From contig CAXXLZ010000002.1 of assembly GCA_963675595.2 (NCBI GenBank), positions 864,001-928,000 on the forward strand: 64,000 nt of DNA. The letters run 5' to 3'. The translations under genes and the position numbers were made by a program. The notes beneath the pieces were generated by a model that searched no databases, was not told where the DNA came from, and saw only the letters and a list, made by a program, of their open reading frames with translations. Positions 1-10,098 of the stretch are shown here, in pieces; within the stretch, counting starts at the first letter, position 1, and every line of letters starts with the position of its first letter. This DNA comes from Thermodesulfobacteriota bacterium (GTDB taxonomy: Bacteria > Desulfobacterota > Desulfarculia > JACQYL01).

Positions 1-1023
1 CAGGAAAGGGCCAAGAAGATTTTGGCCGTGGCGGTGCATAATCATTACAAACGGATCGAGAGCGGTGTGGACCTCGAGGGCGTCGAACTGCAAAAGAGCA
101 ATATCCTCCTCATCGGCCCCACGGGGTGCGGAAAAACCCTGCTCGCCCAAACCTTGGCCAAGATCCTCAACGTACCGTTTACCATCGCCGACGCCACGTC
201 CCTTACCGAAGCGGGGTACGTCGGTGAAGATGTGGAAAACATCATTCTGAATCTTCTGCAAAACGCGGATTACGATATAGAGCGGGCTCAGAAGGGGATC
301 GTGTACATCGACGAAATCGACAAGATCGCCCGAAAATCGGACAATCCTTCCATCACGCGCGACGTTTCCGGCGAGGGAGTCCAACAGGCCCTGCTCAAGA
401 TCATCGAAGGCACTATGGCGAGCGTGCCCCCCAAAGGAGGGCGCAAGCATCCTCAGCAGGAGTTCGTGAAAGTGGATACCACGAACATCCTGTTCATTTG
501 CGGCGGGGCCTTCAACGGCCTCGAGAAGATGATCCAGGCCAGAATCGGGCGACAGCACATCGGTTTCGGCGCCGACCTCATCGCTCAGAAGGAACGACCC
601 TTGGGTGAAGTCCTCGAGCAGACCCAGCCCGAAGACCTGCTCAAGTACGGGCTCATCCCGGAATTCATCGGGCGGCTTCCGGTCATCGCCACCTTGTCTC
701 CTTTGAGCCAGGGAGCGCTGATCAAGATTCTGACCGAACCCAAGAACGCTTTGACCAAACAATATCAGAAATTGTTCGAGATGGAGGATGTGGCGCTTCG
801 ATTCACGGACTCGTCGCTCAACGCCATCGCCGAACAGGCTTTGAAGAGGGAGTCCGGAGCTCGCGGGTTGCGCGCGATCATGGAAAGGGCCATGCTGAGC
901 ATTATGTACGATCTCCCTTCCATGGAGGATGTTCGGGAATGCGTGGTCAACGAGGATGTGATCCTCCACGACGCGCCTCCGATTCTTCTATACGAAAACC
1001 GCGTAGAATCGGCCCGTGCCTAA
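1..1023 (+). CDS. clpX: ATP-dependent Clp protease ATP-binding subunit ClpX (5' end outside window)
   Basis: Frame open from base 1 ([18 protein letters not shown]). Walker A GPTGCGKT, pore loop [33 protein letters not shown] and GARGLR motifs. Confidence 0.98.
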   Translation, partial: QERAKKILAVAVHNHYKRIESGVDLEGVELQKSNILLIGPTGCGKTLLAQTLAKILNVPFTIADATSLTEAGYVGEDVENIILNLLQNADYDIERAQKGIVYIDEIDKIARKSDNPSITRDVSGEGVQQALLKIIEGTMASVPPKGGRKHPQQEFVKVDTTNILFICGGAFNGLEKMIQARIGRQHIGFGADLIAQKERPLGEVLEQTQPEDLLKYGLIPEFIGRLPVIATLSPLSQGALIKILTEPKNALTKQYQKLFEMEDVALRFTDSSLNAIAEQALKRESGARGLRAIMERAMLSIMYDLPSMEDVRECVVNEDVILHDAPPILLYENRVESARA

Positions 1024-1032
1024 ACGAAGTGA

Positions 1033-1062
1033 AAGCGGCGCCTCAAGGGGCGCCGCTTCTTA
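1033..1062 (+). terminator. Stem-loop downstream of clpX, probable terminator
   Basis: AAGCGGCGCC-TCAAGG-GGCGCCGCTT inverted repeat about 10 nt after the clpX stop, followed by a weak T tract. Confidence 0.55.
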
Positions 1063-1466
1063 TCCGTGACGTCACATCGGATGCGGCAGCCTTCCGTCTC
1101 GTCTTCCAGTAGTTGTCGGACATTTTTCTCCAGGATACTTGTGCTTGATACGTTCATCCTCGATCGGCATGCTTTTTTGGGGTGGATAGAACAATCCGCC
1201 GGGCTCTCCGGCCTTGAGGTTTTCCACATTCAGGACCCATTTGCCACACACCCTCCCCGCTCAACGCGGTGAGGACTGTTTGAAGGGCCTCGCAAGGCGG
1301 CGCGGCAAGACTTTCGCGCCGGTTTTCACCGAGGACGATCACCAAACCCCCTTTTCGGCCGGACCGCCGCGGTTTGTATTGACTTGAGAGGTTCCGTCCT
1401 TACCTTAAATTCTGTAAAGCGGCCTTAACGGCTCCGTAAAACCCCAGAAGAGAAACGAGGGAGAAC

Positions 1467-3902
1467 ATGTTCTCAAACCCATTGAGGAATATACTCGGCA
1501 CAAAATTACAGCTCCCCTTGCTGCCGTTGAGAGATATCGTGATCTTTCCGCACATGGTGGCTCCGCTGTTCGTCGGCAGGGAAAAGTCCATCCAGGCCCT
1601 GGAACATGCCATGGCCGGAGACAAGAGCATTTTCCTGGCCAGCCAGAAAGACCCCACGGTGGACAACCCCAAAGAAAAGGACGTCTTCACCCAGGGGACC
1701 ATCGGTTCGATTCTGCAGCTCTTGAAGCTCCCCGACGGCACCGTCAAGGTGCTCGTGGAAGGCAAGCATCGGGGCATGATCAAACAGTACCTGCCCAACG
1801 ATAAATTTTACCTGGTGGAGGTGGAACGCCTCGTCGAACCCGACGCCAACCAGGCGGAACTGGAAGCCCTGTCCCGCAGCCTCAAGGAAACCTTCGAGGA
1901 GTACGTGAAGCTCAACAAGAAGCTTCCCGGAGAAATCCTCCAGGCGGTGCGAGGTATTGCGGACCCGTCTCAACTGGCGGACACCATCGCCTGTCACATC
2001 ACTCTCAAGCTGCCCAGCAAGCAGCAGCTCCTGGAACAGGTGAACGTGGCTTCACGCATGGAGAAGCTCTTCGAGTTCATGAAGGGTGAAATCGAAATCC
2101 TGGAGATCGACCAGCGCATCAAGTCCCGGGTCAAAAAGCAGATGGAAAAGACCCAGAAGGAATACTACCTGAACGAGCAGATGCGCGCCATCCAGAAGGA
2201 AATGGGGGAAAAGGACGATTTCAAGAGCGAAATCCAGGACCTGGAAAAGCGCGTAAAGCAAAAACGCATGTCCAAGGAAGCCAAGGCCAAGGTCCGCCAC
2301 GAGTTGAAGAAGCTCAAGATGATGTCCCCCATGTCGGCGGAAGCCACGGTTTCGAGGAACTATATCGACTGGCTGCTGTCTCTGCCCTGGTACGACAAGA
2401 CCAAGGACAAGATCGACATCCAGCGTGCCCAGGAAATTCTGGACGAGGACCACTACGGACTCGAAAAGCCCAAGGAACGGATTCTCGAGTACCTGGCGGT
2501 CCAAAGCTTGGTCAAGAAGATCAAGGGCCCCATCCTCTGCCTGGTGGGACCTCCCGGCGTGGGCAAGACTTCGCTGGCCAAATCCGTGGCCCGCGCCACG
2601 GGTCGGAACTTCATCCGATTGTCCCTGGGCGGCGTGCGGGATGAGGCCGAGATTCGCGGGCACCGCAGAACCTATATCGGCGCGCTTCCGGGCAAGATTC
2701 TTCAGAGCCTCAAGAAGGCCAAGAGCAACAATCCCGTGTTCTGTCTGGACGAGGTGGACAAGATGAGCACCGATTTCCGGGGCGATCCGTCCGCCGCGCT
2801 CCTCGAGGTCCTGGACCCGGAACAGAACTACGCCTTCAACGACCATTACCTGGACGTGGATTACGACCTGTCGGAAGTCCTGTTCATCACCACGGCCAAC
2901 ACTCTGTACTCGATTCCTCTGCCCTTGCAGGATCGTATGGAAATCATCCGCCTGCCCGGGTACACGGAATACGAAAAGTTGAAGATCGCCGAGAACTTTC
3001 TGGTGAAGAAGCAACTGGACGCCAACGGACTCACCGCGGAGAACCTGGACCTTTCCGAAAACTCCATCCTCGAAGTGATTCGCAGGTACACCAAGGAGTC
3101 GGGCGTGCGGAATCTCGAGCGGGAAATCGCCTCCGTGTGCCGTAAGTGCGCCAAGGAAGTGGCGGCCAAAGGCATGGACCTGCGAATTCGCGTGACCGCG
3201 TCGTCCATCGAGAAATACCTGGGCGTGCCTAAATTCCGTTACGGTCGCGCAGAGGAAAAGGACGAGGTGGGCGTTACCACGGGCTTGGCATGGACCGAAC
3301 TGGGAGGCGAACTGCTCCAGACGGAAACCGTGATTCTTCCGGGCAAGGGCAAGCTCACCACCACGGGTAAGCTGGGCGACGTGATGCAGGAATCCGCTCA
3401 GGCGGCCTTGAGCTACGTCAGGTCCCGAGGCGCGCACCTCAAGCTGCCCAGGGACTTCTACCAGATGATCGATCTCCACATTCACGTGCCCGAGGGGGCC
3501 ATCCCCAAAGACGGCCCGTCCGCCGGCATCACCTTGGCCACCTCGCTGGTTTCCGCGTTGACCAAGATTCCCGTGCGGTCGGACACGGCCATGACGGGAG
3601 AGATCACCCTGAGGGGACGGGTACTGCCCATTGGAGGCCTGAAAGAGAAGATGCTGGCCGCGCACCGCGGAGGCATCAAGCGCGTGTTGATTCCGGAAGA
3701 CAACAAGAAGGACCTCCGGGACATCCCCGCCAAGATTCTCAAGGCCCTCGAGGTCATCCCCGTGGCTCACATGGACCAGGTGCTGAGAAACGCGCTGGTT
3801 CTGGAAGACCCGGATTCCCTGTTCGTGGAACCCGAGGACTCACTGCCGCCTTACCTGCTGCCGGACGCGAAACCGGAGCCGGAAGGCGCCACGGCCCACT
3901 GA
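1467..3902 (+). CDS. lon: Lon protease (endopeptidase La)
   Basis: LPLLPLRD N-domain, Walker [16 protein letters not shown], catalytic PKDGPSAG and IGGLKEK. Canonical clpX-lon gene order. Confidence 0.99.
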   Translation: MFSNPLRNILGTKLQLPLLPLRDIVIFPHMVAPLFVGREKSIQALEHAMAGDKSIFLASQKDPTVDNPKEKDVFTQGTIGSILQLLKLPDGTVKVLVEGKHRGMIKQYLPNDKFYLVEVERLVEPDANQAELEALSRSLKETFEEYVKLNKKLPGEILQAVRGIADPSQLADTIACHITLKLPSKQQLLEQVNVASRMEKLFEFMKGEIEILEIDQRIKSRVKKQMEKTQKEYYLNEQMRAIQKEMGEKDDFKSEIQDLEKRVKQKRMSKEAKAKVRHELKKLKMMSPMSAEATVSRNYIDWLLSLPWYDKTKDKIDIQRAQEILDEDHYGLEKPKERILEYLAVQSLVKKIKGPILCLVGPPGVGKTSLAKSVARATGRNFIRLSLGGVRDEAEIRGHRRTYIGALPGKILQSLKKAKSNNPVFCLDEVDKMSTDFRGDPSAALLEVLDPEQNYAFNDHYLDVDYDLSEVLFITTANTLYSIPLPLQDRMEIIRLPGYTEYEKLKIAENFLVKKQLDANGLTAENLDLSENSILEVIRRYTKESGVRNLEREIASVCRKCAKEVAAKGMDLRIRVTASSIEKYLGVPKFRYGRAEEKDEVGVTTGLAWTELGGELLQTETVILPGKGKLTTTGKLGDVMQESAQAALSYVRSRGAHLKLPRDFYQMIDLHIHVPEGAIPKDGPSAGITLATSLVSALTKIPVRSDTAMTGEITLRGRVLPIGGLKEKMLAAHRGGIKRVLIPEDNKKDLRDIPAKILKALEVIPVAHMDQVLRNALVLEDPDSLFVEPEDSLPPYLLPDAKPEPEGATAH

Positions 3903-3910
3903 TCACACAA

Positions 3911-3935
3911 GCGACCCCCTCGGGGGTCGCTTTTC
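3911..3935 (+). terminator. Rho-independent terminator of lon
   Basis: GCGACCCCC-TC-GGGGGTCGC hairpin followed by TTTT. Confidence 0.8.
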
Positions 3936-3993
3936 AGTTGAAGCCCTCTTCGAAATCCTGTAATAAAGCGTTTTCCGAAGGTCAAACCCACAT

Positions 3994-4069
3994 GGGCGGG
4001 TAGCTCAGCCGGGAGAGCATCGGCCTTACAAGCCGGGGGTCGCAGGTTCGAATCCTGTCCCGCCTACCA
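3994..4069 (+). tRNA. tRNA-Val (anticodon TAC); probable integration site of the downstream element
   Basis: 76-nt cloverleaf: GGGCGGG acceptor pairing with CCCGCCT, D arm TAGCTCAGCCGGGAGAGC, anticodon loop CTTACAA, T loop GGTTCGAATCC and encoded CCA. Confidence 0.97.
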
Positions 4070-4135
4070 AAAAAAGATCATTCTTTCAAAAAGTTCCGAT
4101 TGCCGTCTGTACGGCTGTTTTTTTCGAACCCTCTC

Positions 4136-4159
4136 TGGTGTGTCACTTGGTGTGTCACT
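4136..4159 (+). repeat. 12-bp tandem direct repeat TGGTGTGTCACT x2; candidate integrase arm-binding sites
   Basis: Exact duplication about 67 nt from the tRNA 3' end, overlapping the integrase stop codon. Confidence 0.6.
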
Positions 4160-5264
4160 TTTCAATTTCACCACTCGTGACCGCTTCGAAAATCTCCATC
4201 GCCGCCCTTTCCGAAGCCCCCACACTGTGCAGATAAATCTCTGTCGTGGTTCTTTTTTCGTGTCCCAGAATACGTTGAATGCTTCCAATGTTCACGTTGG
4301 CGTTGTCCAGCATCGAAGCGCCGAAATGCCGTAACGCGTGATACCGGAAGTACCTGACACCCGCCTTGGCACAGAGCGTTCCCATGAGCTTTTTGCGATC
4401 CCGGTACGGTCCCGATTTTTTCTCCCCAGTCTTGCTGCTCCAGTAGGTATGCCAAAATACCCAAGGCTTTGACCTATCTCTACGCTCATACCTTCTCAGA
4501 AGCACATCATGAAGCTTCCTGGTCATTGGAACCCTTCGAGGGGTCAAGTGCCCTCCCCTTTTCTTCCTGGTGTAGAGCACCACGACCTTGCTGTTGAAGT
4601 CCACATCCTCCCACGTGAGCCGGTTGATCTCTCCCATTCTCCCCATGGTCTCTTTGATGCAGTAGAGATAATCCTGCTCCTCGGGTCCCGCCGCCACGAG
4701 CACTTTCAGAACATCTTCCTTCGACGGGACATACCGAAGCTTCCTTTCCGCAGGTAAGAATTCGATTCCTGCGGTGGGGTTGTTTGATATCCAACCCTTC
4801 TTGATACCAAAATTAAAAAGCGCCCGAATTTGCCTTAGATACTTGTTCACAGTCTCATTCGATATCTCCGAGATATCCATGAGATAACCCTCAATCATCT
4901 CACGCCGAATCGCGTTTACCTGGAGTGGCCCCCACTCAGCCACCCACTTATGGGCAATATACCTGATGTCTTCGTAATGAGCTGTTGAACAGTAAGCCTT
5001 GAGATAATCCAACCTTCGATTAACGAGGTCCAAGAAGGCCATGCCTGTTGGGGTCGTCTCCGCCGCTATCGCTGCCGGTTCCTCCCGGATTTCGATCCTT
5101 CGTTCTTCTTCGGGATCCGGCAGTCCCTTTTGTATCGCCTCCTTTCTTTTCGATTCCGCTATCCTCGCTTCGTTCTTCGTCGCGTAGAATCCTTTTGCGT
5201 AGCGGTTTTTGTTGAGGTAGAAATTGTACCTCCAGCCTTTGTTTTGAACGAAAAATACGCTCAT
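4155..5264 (-). CDS. Tyrosine recombinase/phage-type integrase
   Basis: Catalytic set R (MGRMGE), HxxR (YHALRH), H (LGH) and Y (TTEIY), plus an N-terminal arm-binding-like segment. Start placed at ATG 5264 after AAGGAGG. Confidence 0.95.
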   Translation of the reverse strand: MSVFFVQNKGWRYNFYLNKNRYAKGFYATKNEARIAESKRKEAIQKGLPDPEEERRIEIREEPAAIAAETTPTGMAFLDLVNRRLDYLKAYCSTAHYEDIRYIAHKWVAEWGPLQVNAIRREMIEGYLMDISEISNETVNKYLRQIRALFNFGIKKGWISNNPTAGIEFLPAERKLRYVPSKEDVLKVLVAAGPEEQDYLYCIKETMGRMGEINRLTWEDVDFNSKVVVLYTRKKRGGHLTPRRVPMTRKLHDVLLRRYERRDRSKPWVFWHTYWSSKTGEKKSGPYRDRKKLMGTLCAKAGVRYFRYHALRHFGASMLDNANVNIGSIQRILGHEKRTTTEIYLHSVGASERAAMEIFEAVTSGEIEK

Positions 5265-5409
5265 AGAGGTCCTCCTTTGACGGAAAAACAAGAGAACCCC
5301 CAAGCTTCCGACCGCCAAGTTCCTTCCAATGCCGATAAACCCAACTCCGGCTCTTCTTCAGAAACTTGGCGACTTCCTCAGGGGTTTGGATTAGAGGACT
5401 CTCGGACAT
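5020..5409 (-). CDS. Excisionase-like HTH protein overlapping the integrase 5' end
   Basis: TPEEVAKFLKKSRSWVY is a Xis/MerR-type HTH signature; RBS GAGGTG; directly upstream of int. Confidence 0.75.
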   Translation of the reverse strand: MSESPLIQTPEEVAKFLKKSRSWVYRHWKELGGRKLGGSLVFPSKEDLYERIFRSKQRLEVQFLPQQKPLRKRILRDEERSEDSGIEKKGGDTKGTAGSRRRTKDRNPGGTGSDSGGDDPNRHGLLGPR

Positions 5410-5486
5410 AAGTCAACACCTCGGACCGGACTCCACCGGCAAACCGGCTTCATTCCGCAAAAACGGCATAACTTGTTGGGATCAGT

Positions 5487-5720
5487 TTACTTTCTCAAGA
5501 GCTTCATCACACCGACAACGATCAACCCAATGACCGCAAGCTTTGCCACCGAAGTGACCGGATCACCGGAATGATGAGCTCCCCGACTTCCAACATCCCA
5601 GGCAGCCTTCATCGCATCACCGAACTCGGACACCGTACCGGCAACAGTCGAGAGAATCGACGGCAGGTACACGGCAAGAAGAACGATCACGATCGCAAGA
5701 AATACGTTCCGCCATTCCAT
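5487..5720 (-). CDS. Small two-TM membrane protein
   Basis: 77 aa with hydrophobic N- and C-terminal segments; RBS AAGGTG; co-oriented in operon. Confidence 0.65.
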   Translation of the reverse strand: MEWRNVFLAIVIVLLAVYLPSILSTVAGTVSEFGDAMKAAWDVGSRGAHHSGDPVTSVAKLAVIGLIVVGVMKLLRK

Positions 5721-5786
5721 ATGGGATCACCTTTCTTGAAAGGGTTTCATGAAGAAAGTGTCCGCTGAACCTGAAATGTGTTCCTT

Positions 5787-6581
5787 CTAATCCAAACGTC
5801 CCTTCTTTGCCTTGAACTCCGAGATCGACCGAAATTCCAACCTTTCAAGATCAGGGATATTTTTCTTTGCGATATTACGGGCTTTGTTCGTATCCGCCTG
5901 ATCCCTGCAGACAATGTAGAGTTTCCTGACTTTGGAGTTCAGCCCGTCCCGGATATTATCGAGCAGGTTTCCGAAGGAGATCGTGACCTCGAAGCCGTAC
6001 ATTTCTCCTTTGCTGCCTTCGATCCAGGCAAAGAGATCAAAAGAGCCCTTCATTCCGTCGATGAGCGCTTCGAACCAGGTTCGAAAGCCTCTTTCCTCAA
6101 GCCACGATTTCAGGTAATGGCAAAGACATTTATGCTCGAACCCGCCCCTTCCTTCCGGAGGTTTCTTGCCGTATTTCCTGTAAACCCACGGCATGACCTC
6201 GATATAAAGTCCGGGCCTGCCGATGATCTTCACGCTCTGCGCGACCGCCATCTTGTGTTGCTCAAGCCACGCTCTCGCCTTGGTCGCCTTCGCGTCGGTG
6301 AGATGCGTCTCAGATAGAATCTCGCCCCACCTGAGGAATGGGTTTCTGAAAAGCAGCGTCAGGATCGCCCAGGCATTGGCCTCAGGCTCTGATTTCGGTA
6401 TGGGCTGCGGTTCATTTGCTTCGACTTCCGCCGTTTTCTCCCGACCTGCAACTTCCTTTTCCATAGGGTGATACTCGATACCAAGCGGCGGCTTCGGAAG
6501 AATCTCCGCGTACCACTCCGCCATGGCGAGTTCGACTTCGATATCTGTCGGTCTATTCTGCAAAGATGGTTTCTTTTCCAT
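5787..6581 (-). CDS. wHTH + PD-(D/E)XK-like nuclease; homologous to the C-terminal part of 55287-57311
   Basis: GRGGFEH...FDLFAW...GFEVTIS..NLLDNI aligns with RGGLEH...LDLVAD...AVQVETGKSDIRKNI of the 674-aa protein. Confidence 0.65.
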   Translation of the reverse strand: MEKKPSLQNRPTDIEVELAMAEWYAEILPKPPLGIEYHPMEKEVAGREKTAEVEANEPQPIPKSEPEANAWAILTLLFRNPFLRWGEILSETHLTDAKATKARAWLEQHKMAVAQSVKIIGRPGLYIEVMPWVYRKYGKKPPEGRGGFEHKCLCHYLKSWLEERGFRTWFEALIDGMKGSFDLFAWIEGSKGEMYGFEVTISFGNLLDNIRDGLNSKVRKLYIVCRDQADTNKARNIAKKNIPDLERLEFRSISEFKAKKGRLD

Positions 6582-6585
6582 GACC

Positions 6586-7908
6586 TCACCCGAGCCACGG
6601 TACTTCCATCAGGAAGGGTTTATCGAACTTCCGGGTCTTAGCGACAGCGACCCGCCTGTAAGGCATCTTGTAGAGATATTTCTGCTGCTCCTCGTTAAGC
6701 CCGAAAGTCTTGGCCATGCTTTCGTGATCAACGCCGTCAAGGGGAAACCCGATCTTGATCATGCTGTTCGCCTGGAACACGTAATTGAAACTCTTGGCCT
6801 CCTGGCTGCAAAGCCATAGACCGATACCGAACTCTCTGGCTTTTCGCGTGATTTCGTTCAAGCTCGATTCATAGACAAAGGAATCACTGTGATCTCTTCC
6901 CGCCTGCATGAGAGTCGAGGCCTCATCGACGATGAAAAGCGTCCTCAGCTTGTTTCCGCGGTTTCCTTCAGCCATGTTCCTGTTGTAGGCCAGGATAATG
7001 AGAAGAGAGATCAGGAAGTTAGTGACCATATCGGTCCCGAAGTTCGTCGGGAGCTCCAGCACTACGTTCCTTTCAGTGAAGGTCGATATCGGAATCCCTC
7101 TCGGAACATTGAAAGGCTCGCCCATGAGAACGAAAGGCCTTACCCTGCTGATAAGGTTTTCGAAAATGTCCATGTAGCGATACCCGACGTCCTTACGCAG
7201 CTTGAGGTACCGGAGAGCCGCATAAAGACCGTGCATCGTCGGGTAATTCTTCGAGCCCTCGAAGACGCCGTGCCTTTTGAAGAGAGCCGTCAGAGTATCG
7301 AGCAGAATCCCTTCCGACGGCGCACCGAGACCGTTTTCAGCTGCAAAGACCTTGGACCACATGAAGATGAAATCCTTCGGCGAAAGCCACCGCGGGACTT
7401 CAAGAGGATTGAACCGAAACTGCTTCGCGGTGATGATCCCAAGGTTCGGGACAAAATGGAGCAGACGTCTGTAGAAGGTCTTCACATCCGGAATCACCAC
7501 ATTGAAACCGTCCATCCGGCAAAGCTGAAGAAGCGCGTTCAGGATCAACCAGCTCTTACCTGCGCCGGTCGCGCCCAAAGTCATGCAATGCATGGTGAGA
7601 TCATCAGGCTCGATCCTGAAACTGTGTCCGAAGCGATTGATGATCCCGAGACTCAGACTTCCCCGGAAATCCTCCTCCTTAGGCACCGGATGGAACGGGT
7701 AGAGATTCCTGATCTCCTGATCCAGGAAATGCCTTCCGATAAAGCGATCGACTCGATCCTCGTTTTCTTCCATCCAACGCGACACTTCGGACCAGTCACC
7801 GGTTCGGTTGGCAGTCAGGATTCGCCGCCTGAGGAACGGGTTGTCTTTAAGGTCTGTGGAGAAAATGGTCTCAAGCCGTCCTGCAAGTTCCTCATTCTCG
7901 GTGGCCAT
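6586..7908 (-). CDS. HerA/VirB4/FtsK-superfamily ATPase (DUF87-like)
   Basis: HCMTLGATGAGKS Walker A, FRFNPL, FIVDEA Walker B, RKAREFGIGLWLCSQ. Confidence 0.88.
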   Translation of the reverse strand: MATENEELAGRLETIFSTDLKDNPFLRRRILTANRTGDWSEVSRWMEENEDRVDRFIGRHFLDQEIRNLYPFHPVPKEEDFRGSLSLGIINRFGHSFRIEPDDLTMHCMTLGATGAGKSWLILNALLQLCRMDGFNVVIPDVKTFYRRLLHFVPNLGIITAKQFRFNPLEVPRWLSPKDFIFMWSKVFAAENGLGAPSEGILLDTLTALFKRHGVFEGSKNYPTMHGLYAALRYLKLRKDVGYRYMDIFENLISRVRPFVLMGEPFNVPRGIPISTFTERNVVLELPTNFGTDMVTNFLISLLIILAYNRNMAEGNRGNKLRTLFIVDEASTLMQAGRDHSDSFVYESSLNEITRKAREFGIGLWLCSQEAKSFNYVFQANSMIKIGFPLDGVDHESMAKTFGLNEEQQKYLYKMPYRRVAVAKTRKFDKPFLMEVPWLG

Positions 7909-7918
7909 TACCCCCCTC

Positions 7919-8257
7919 CTACTTGGGCCCGTGAATCTTCGGGATCACGTCGGGCTTTTCATTTCTCAGGTTCCTGATATCCTTTTTCAGATTCCGGCTG
8001 ACCCGGTCGGCGATCAGGTCGGCTTCGGGTAAAAGCTTTCGCTCCCGAAGTTTATTCACTACCTGATGTTCGAGATCGTACGGGTCTTCGACAGCCTCCG
8101 GCACCTCGAAGACAAGAGTTCCGTCCGGCCATTCCTCGATCAACGGCTCCCGGATTTCATCCAGCAGTTCCATGAGTTCGCCTTCGCTCATGCGATCCAG
8201 GACATCCGGACCTCGGTCCACCGGTTTTTCGACTGTATTCCACCGCATTATTTCCAC
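7919..8257 (-). CDS. Hypothetical protein
   Basis: 112-aa ORF, RBS GGAGG, tightly packed operon. Confidence 0.6.
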   Translation of the reverse strand: MEIMRWNTVEKPVDRGPDVLDRMSEGELMELLDEIREPLIEEWPDGTLVFEVPEAVEDPYDLEHQVVNKLRERKLLPEADLIADRVSRNLKKDIRNLRNEKPDVIPKIHGPK

Positions 8258-8499
8258 CTCCCTTTTCCTTGATTCCTGCGAGAGATTTCATCCCGCAGTC
8301 TGTTCAGGAAATCCGTGCCCTCGACTGTGTCGGCTCCGTCGATGATCTCCCTCATGACCGAACCTTCCGGGTAATCCTTTGCCCGATCACCCTCGAAGTC
8401 CCACAATGCGTCGAGATACAGAGTTTCCAGTTCCCGATCATCAAGGTCCTTTTCAAAATCAGAGAGATCGGTATCGATTCGTTCATAGACATCCTTCAC
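8248..8499 (-). CDS. Hypothetical acidic protein
   Basis: 83-aa ORF; GTG start overlaps the upstream stop (GTGA). Confidence 0.6.
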   Translation of the reverse strand: MKDVYERIDTDLSDFEKDLDDRELETLYLDALWDFEGDRAKDYPEGSVMREIIDGADTVEGTDFLNRLRDEISRRNQGKGRWK

Positions 8500-8666
8500 G
8501 ATCCGTCCTCCCTTCCCGGCCCGCCATAGGCCGCCTTTTCGAGGGCAGGGAGAATGATGTCGGTGATCAACAGCTCGATATTGTCGAGCAATTCTTCACC
8601 GACCTCATCGAGGATGGCTTCAAGGCGTTGTCTCGTGAGTTTCCTGAACTCGCTTTCCTCTTTCAT
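8496..8666 (-). CDS. Hypothetical 56-aa protein missing from the ORF track (MKEESEFRKLTRQRLEAILDEVGEELLDNIELLITDIILPALEKAAYGGPGREDGS)
   Basis: Translated by hand. ATGA and GTGA overlaps with both neighbours; RBS GGAGG. Confidence 0.65.
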   Translation of the reverse strand: MKEESEFRKLTRQRLEAILDEVGEELLDNIELLITDIILPALEKAAYGGPGREDGS

Positions 8667-9028
8667 CGAAGAAGCCTCCTTCCCGGCTCCGGCAGTTCCT
8701 GCCCGGCCTCGGTATCCTTCTTCAAAAACGGACTGAAGACCTTACGCCAAAAAAGCCTGCTACGAAGACTGCGCGCGCACCTGCGGCAAAGAACAAACCC
8801 GTCGATCAGTTCTCCGGTTTCTCCGGGAGTTACCCACTGATCCCCCGCCCATTCGCATAAAATTTCCTGCCGAACTCTCTCGACAAGCATCCATCCCGGT
8901 GCTATGCTTTCCACGAAATAGCTTCGCATCATGCGAATTCTGCCGTCAGGCAACGGCACGTGATCAATGCGTTCCCTGGCCATTCCCTGTTCCTGTTCAC
9001 CACCGAAAAATTCCGAATCTGCGGACAT
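8663..9028 (-). CDS. Hypothetical protein, first gene of the leftward operon
   Basis: ATG 9028 after AAAGGAGG; contains a CRRC motif. Confidence 0.6.
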   Translation of the reverse strand: MSADSEFFGGEQEQGMARERIDHVPLPDGRIRMMRSYFVESIAPGWMLVERVRQEILCEWAGDQWVTPGETGELIDGFVLCRRCARSLRSRLFWRKVFSPFLKKDTEAGQELPEPGRRLLR

Positions 9029-9096
9029 GACCCAACCTCCTTTCACGGCTGATGTATCGAACTCTTGATTGATTAAGTGTCCTGGAGTGAAGCGGA

Positions 9097-10098
9097 GTGG
9101 CGAAAAAAAGAATCGAATTCAAGAAGCACTGGCTCATGGAATACTTCGATCGGTACTATTTCGTACCCAAGGGCAAGACCAGGGACGAAGTAGTCCGGGA
9201 ACGGGCGAGGCGGTACCGTGAGACCGGGACCGCTGAAGATTTTTCCAAATTCATTGCGATGTTCGGGCTCGATTTGTTCAACAAGGCGAAAAACAAGATG
9301 CAGGGATCGCATGATCCCGACGATGCACTCGACCCGGCGCTCGCGGAGATAGCAAAGATTTGCCGGAGTGGTACCTCCAAGGAATCCGAGGCCGGACAGA
9401 TCGTCTATCCGTTTGAGAATCCGGATACCTGCCAGACCGCATATGCCCGAAAGGTTTTAAGCAATCATATTTCCAAGTATTATGAAGACCTGACCAAGGT
9501 AAAACTGGAGAAAGCGGCGCAAGCGACCGGACAACCGCAAAATCTGAAAGAGTTGAACGAACGCCGGAAAAAGGATCGAGAGGGTTATCTCAAGAAGCAG
9601 CAGGAACTTTCAGAAGCTATCAACCAAAATCAAATAACGGAAGAGGATGGTCAGGAAGATGATCCCGAGGATTCTTTATCAAATTCCAAAAAGATGAGCT
9701 CTCAAGTTCCGGACATTACGAAAGCACTATATTGCATCTTTGATCCTCCTGAAGATATCCTTCTCACGAAAGAGAGGCTGGATGCGATTCGAGATGCAAT
9801 ATCGATAATACTGAATGAGGCCGAAGTTTATTTCGATAGCGTATCCCGAAAACCCTATCATCGGCCGATATTCGAGTGCATAATCTTCTTAGGATTAAGC
9901 TACGAGGAGACGGCCAAGATCGTCTTCCCTACCCAATACGAAGCGAATAGAGTCAAGGCGAGAGATCATACGAAATACATATTCAAATCGCTCTGCTCCA
10001 GCATTGTAAGGAAAGCGTTACGCAGGAACAAAGAGCTCCGCAAATTACTCGACGCAGCAGGGATCAATTATGCAAAGTACCTACCGACTCACAGATAG
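9097..10098 (+). CDS. Divergent ECF-like sigma factor
   Basis: AYARKVLSNHISKYY resembles sigma region 2 and RPIFECIIFLGLSYEETAKIV resembles region 4 HTH; a long charged linker lies between them. Confidence 0.55.
   Translation: MAKKRIEFKKHWLMEYFDRYYFVPKGKTRDEVVRERARRYRETGTAEDFSKFIAMFGLDLFNKAKNKMQGSHDPDDALDPALAEIAKICRSGTSKESEAGQIVYPFENPDTCQTAYARKVLSNHISKYYEDLTKVKLEKAAQATGQPQNLKELNERRKKDREGYLKKQQELSEAINQNQITEEDGQEDDPEDSLSNSKKMSSQVPDITKALYCIFDPPEDILLTKERLDAIRDAISIILNEAEVYFDSVSRKPYHRPIFECIIFLGLSYEETAKIVFPTQYEANRVKARDHTKYIFKSLCSSIVRKALRRNKELRKLLDAAGINYAKYLPTHR

Noticed and set aside
2052-3770. 572-aa antisense ORF (likewise 6889-7977, 17349-19397, 19546-21288, 35296-36324, 58837-60003)
   Set aside because: These are shadow frames opposite well-supported genes in GC-rich DNA, with no motifs.
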